NCBI GenBank assembly: GCA_009103225.1
Contig: RHPI01003156.1
Location: 988,159-1,052,158, forward strand
Origin: Chlorokybus atmophyticus
Taxonomy: Eukaryota; Plantae; Mesostigma and Chlorokybus algae
Length of the DNA: 64,000 bases
Direction: 5' to 3'
A program made the translations under genes and the position numbers. Below the pieces are notes generated by a model, which saw only the letters and a list, made by a program, of their open reading frames with translations, had not been told where the DNA came from and did not search any database. Below, piece by piece: positions 61,538 through 64,000 of the stretch; within the stretch, counting starts at the first letter, position 1; the number at the start of each line of letters is the position of its first letter.

Positions 61538-64000
61538 TCATGCTGTGGCATTGTCTCCTCGCCTCGCCATGGCGTTCGCAGCGGCACGCCTGCGATCGTC
61601 TTCACGACTTTGCGCCTTGCGGAGGTGGTCTTTGAGTTCTCGGCAACGAGGCATGCGGCAAGAGCTGTTCGTGCATGAGCGCACGTGCAGCTGCAAGAAG
61701 TGAAGCATCTTGCGACACAGCGGGCAGCCGCCAGACACCCGAGTCTTGCACTGCTGAAAGTGCTGCAAAAGCTGCTTGACTTTGTGACAGTTCATGTTGC
61801 TGCACTTGTCATCCAGGCAGTTGGCTACATGCTGGAGAAGTTCCACAGTACGCTGCGCACAAATATGGTGTCACAGAGCCAGCAAGCAAACAAGACCAGC
61901 ACACTGCAGTCCTAATGCATGTGGCCAAATTACCTGCATGATGCGCTTCCTTTGTTCTGCGTCCTTGTCTGTAGACGACTTCTCCTGCAGTTGCGGTGCT
62001 GGAATCAAAGGATGGGGATGCTTGTGAACCTCCTTGCAGTGGTTGCACATGTCAAAGTCTGGGCAGGTCTCGCAGCGCCATCCGCGGCCGATCTCAATCT
62101 CACTTTGACAGATGTTGCAGGAGGCCACAAACGCCGGTGCTGTGGGATTGTGAAGGTGGTACAGAACCATCATAGAGGAATGTTTAGCGCGTCGCTGCAT
62201 ATCAAATTGGTAGTGATTGCCCTGGCACAGGCTCAGGAACGCCTGGCGAGTGTCAAAGAACTCGCACATCATGATGCCGTCCCTATCAATTGTGTCCGGC
62301 GGGATTGAAGGAGCCTCAACACCCATGAATGAGTGACAAACATCTGAGCCGCGAGGATGCCTGTCGCGAGGACTGTGGTCCTGTTATGAGCATGTGTCAG
62401 TACCATGAACACTGCTCATGCTCATTGTACCAAGGCAAGATATTATCCTGGCTGAGAGGGACCTCTCTGCTAAGCATCAAAGAGCAAGCAAGGTTGTTGA
62501 ATGGGCGACTTGATAAAACTGCACACCTGCTCTTCTACTTGGCACTTGGTGCAAAGATGAAAGTCCTTGCACTCCTGACACGACCATATGTTTCCACTCG
62601 AGATATAGCGCCTGCAATGGGCGCAGAAGTGCTGCAGATGCACGAGGATGAAGTCTTCTTTCATGGGCTGTATGGCTTCACCCATCTGCAGACACGCCAA
62701 GTCAACAACCAGAGTTTTTGCTGTCGCTTGCATAGAAACCAAGACTCACTACCAAACAGGGAGCTGACAGCACACACCTTGACCATCAGTAGCTGATCAG
62801 GTGTTGCATCGTCTGGCACCTGAACTACATTCCCCTTGGGAGCGCTGCGTTTTGTGCTACTGGCCTTTTTGCTTTTGCCTTTCTTCTGCACTTTACGCTT
62901 GGCCTCTTCTTTCTGTTCCTCGTCAACTTGCAAAACCATCTCCTCAGCGGCGCCAGGCCAGTAATCGCCATCAAAATAGGGAAGCTCTGTTGCTGACGCC
63001 GGCAACCCGTCCTTGCCTCCAACAAAGAAGGTGTCGAACAGATTGCTGCACTGCACCACAACACGCTGTTCTCGAGACTTGTGCAGCATCTTCAGGTACC
63101 ATTCCCGCAACTTGTCAGCTTTGGGTGTCTTCTGCTGTTCAGGATGGCAATAGAGAATGTAGTCCTCTCCTTTCAACGGGGGGCAAGCCCATATGTATAT
63201 GCTGAAAAAGCCGCGCATCTTCATGTAATGGACATAACCAACCTGCACACAATCAACATAACAATCATGCTCATGGGCACACAGGACACACCAAATGTTG
63301 CATTTGAAATGAACGCCAAGCGCCAGCAAGTGGTGCTTGACGCCACGTTAAAAGACGATGCGGCACTTACCAACACATCATGGTACACGAAGGTACGTAG
63401 CGCTTCGCCGCCGACGGTTCGCACTTCTGGCTGAAAGTACTTCACACTGTCCAGATAGGACAAGTATACCCGTCTTGTATTTGGCGCAGCGGCATCAGAG
63501 CCAAATTCCTGTGGAGCGTGTTACAAAGCTCAGCAACTGCTGCAGAAATAATCAACATGCTCATGGCAGTGCTGATTACAAACGGCCAACTACCTGAGTG
63601 TACATGCCGAAAAGGCAAACATCAACACCATCAATCTTTTGGAATAACAACACAACCTGCCAAGGTGTTAATTTTAGCAACAACAACACAGCAGGCAATG
63701 CGCTCAAGAAGCAAAGTCAGTAACAGGACGTACCTTGGACCGATAAGGGAACTCCCTGGGGAAGCCTTGTGCCCCATACCGTTCAAGGAATCGTGACTTC
63801 ACCTCCATCCGTTTGTCGGTGCACGACACAACACGCAGAGTCAACCCTTCAGCTGTTGAGACCTGCGAATGCCCAACAGGATGAAAACCAACAGCAAGCA
63901 TGCCAACTACATATGGACTTCATGGTGCTTGCACATGAACAGCACGCGTAGCAAACATCGTCAAGCATGCCAGCCCAAGCCAACAGAGTTCTGTGATATG
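61538..64000 (-). CDS. HAC1: p300/CBP histone acetyltransferase, plant HAC-type, 3' part
   Basis: [51 protein letters not shown] (KAT11 domain); two ZZ fingers; [34 protein letters not shown]; C-terminal TAZ finger. 5' end lies outside the window. Confidence 0.95.

Noticed and set aside
1-64000. CRISPR arrays, tRNA, rRNA, spliceosomal snRNA genes, U12-type introns, transposase/RT or viral ORFs
   Set aside because: None recognised on either strand by manual reading; repeats lack the repeat-spacer architecture. Highly diverged copies could have been missed.

Overview
Eukaryotic nuclear DNA with dense genes and many short GT-AG introns (mostly ~80-120 nt), two assembly gaps and no prokaryotic features. 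The gene set points to a flagellated green alga, plausibly an early-diverging streptophyte (inference): plastid-targeted TrpB and CPP1, plant-type ASHR2 and HAC, telo-boxes, PAN2 and IFT25. About 15 protein genes are present: CAT amino-acid transporter (3' part), CCHCR1-like coiled-coil, TrpB, cytosolic LysRS, cyclin A, TAD3, an orphan membrane protein, TSNAXIP1-like, ASHR2, CPP1, eIF2B-beta, PAN2, IFT25, a TPR-like plastid protein, AFG1 ATPase and HAC (3' part). The most interesting signals are non-coding and structural. They are a ~195-nt pre-miRNA-like foldback in an AT-rich spacer, a perfect 31-bp palindrome in PAN2 intron 1, a dual-guide box C/D snoRNA in eIF2B-beta intron 1, an H/ACA-like RNA in a LysRS intron, and AT-rich islands at every tandem gene junction. 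All calls are from manual reading. No searches or folding programs were run, and gene boundaries marked uncertain are approximate.
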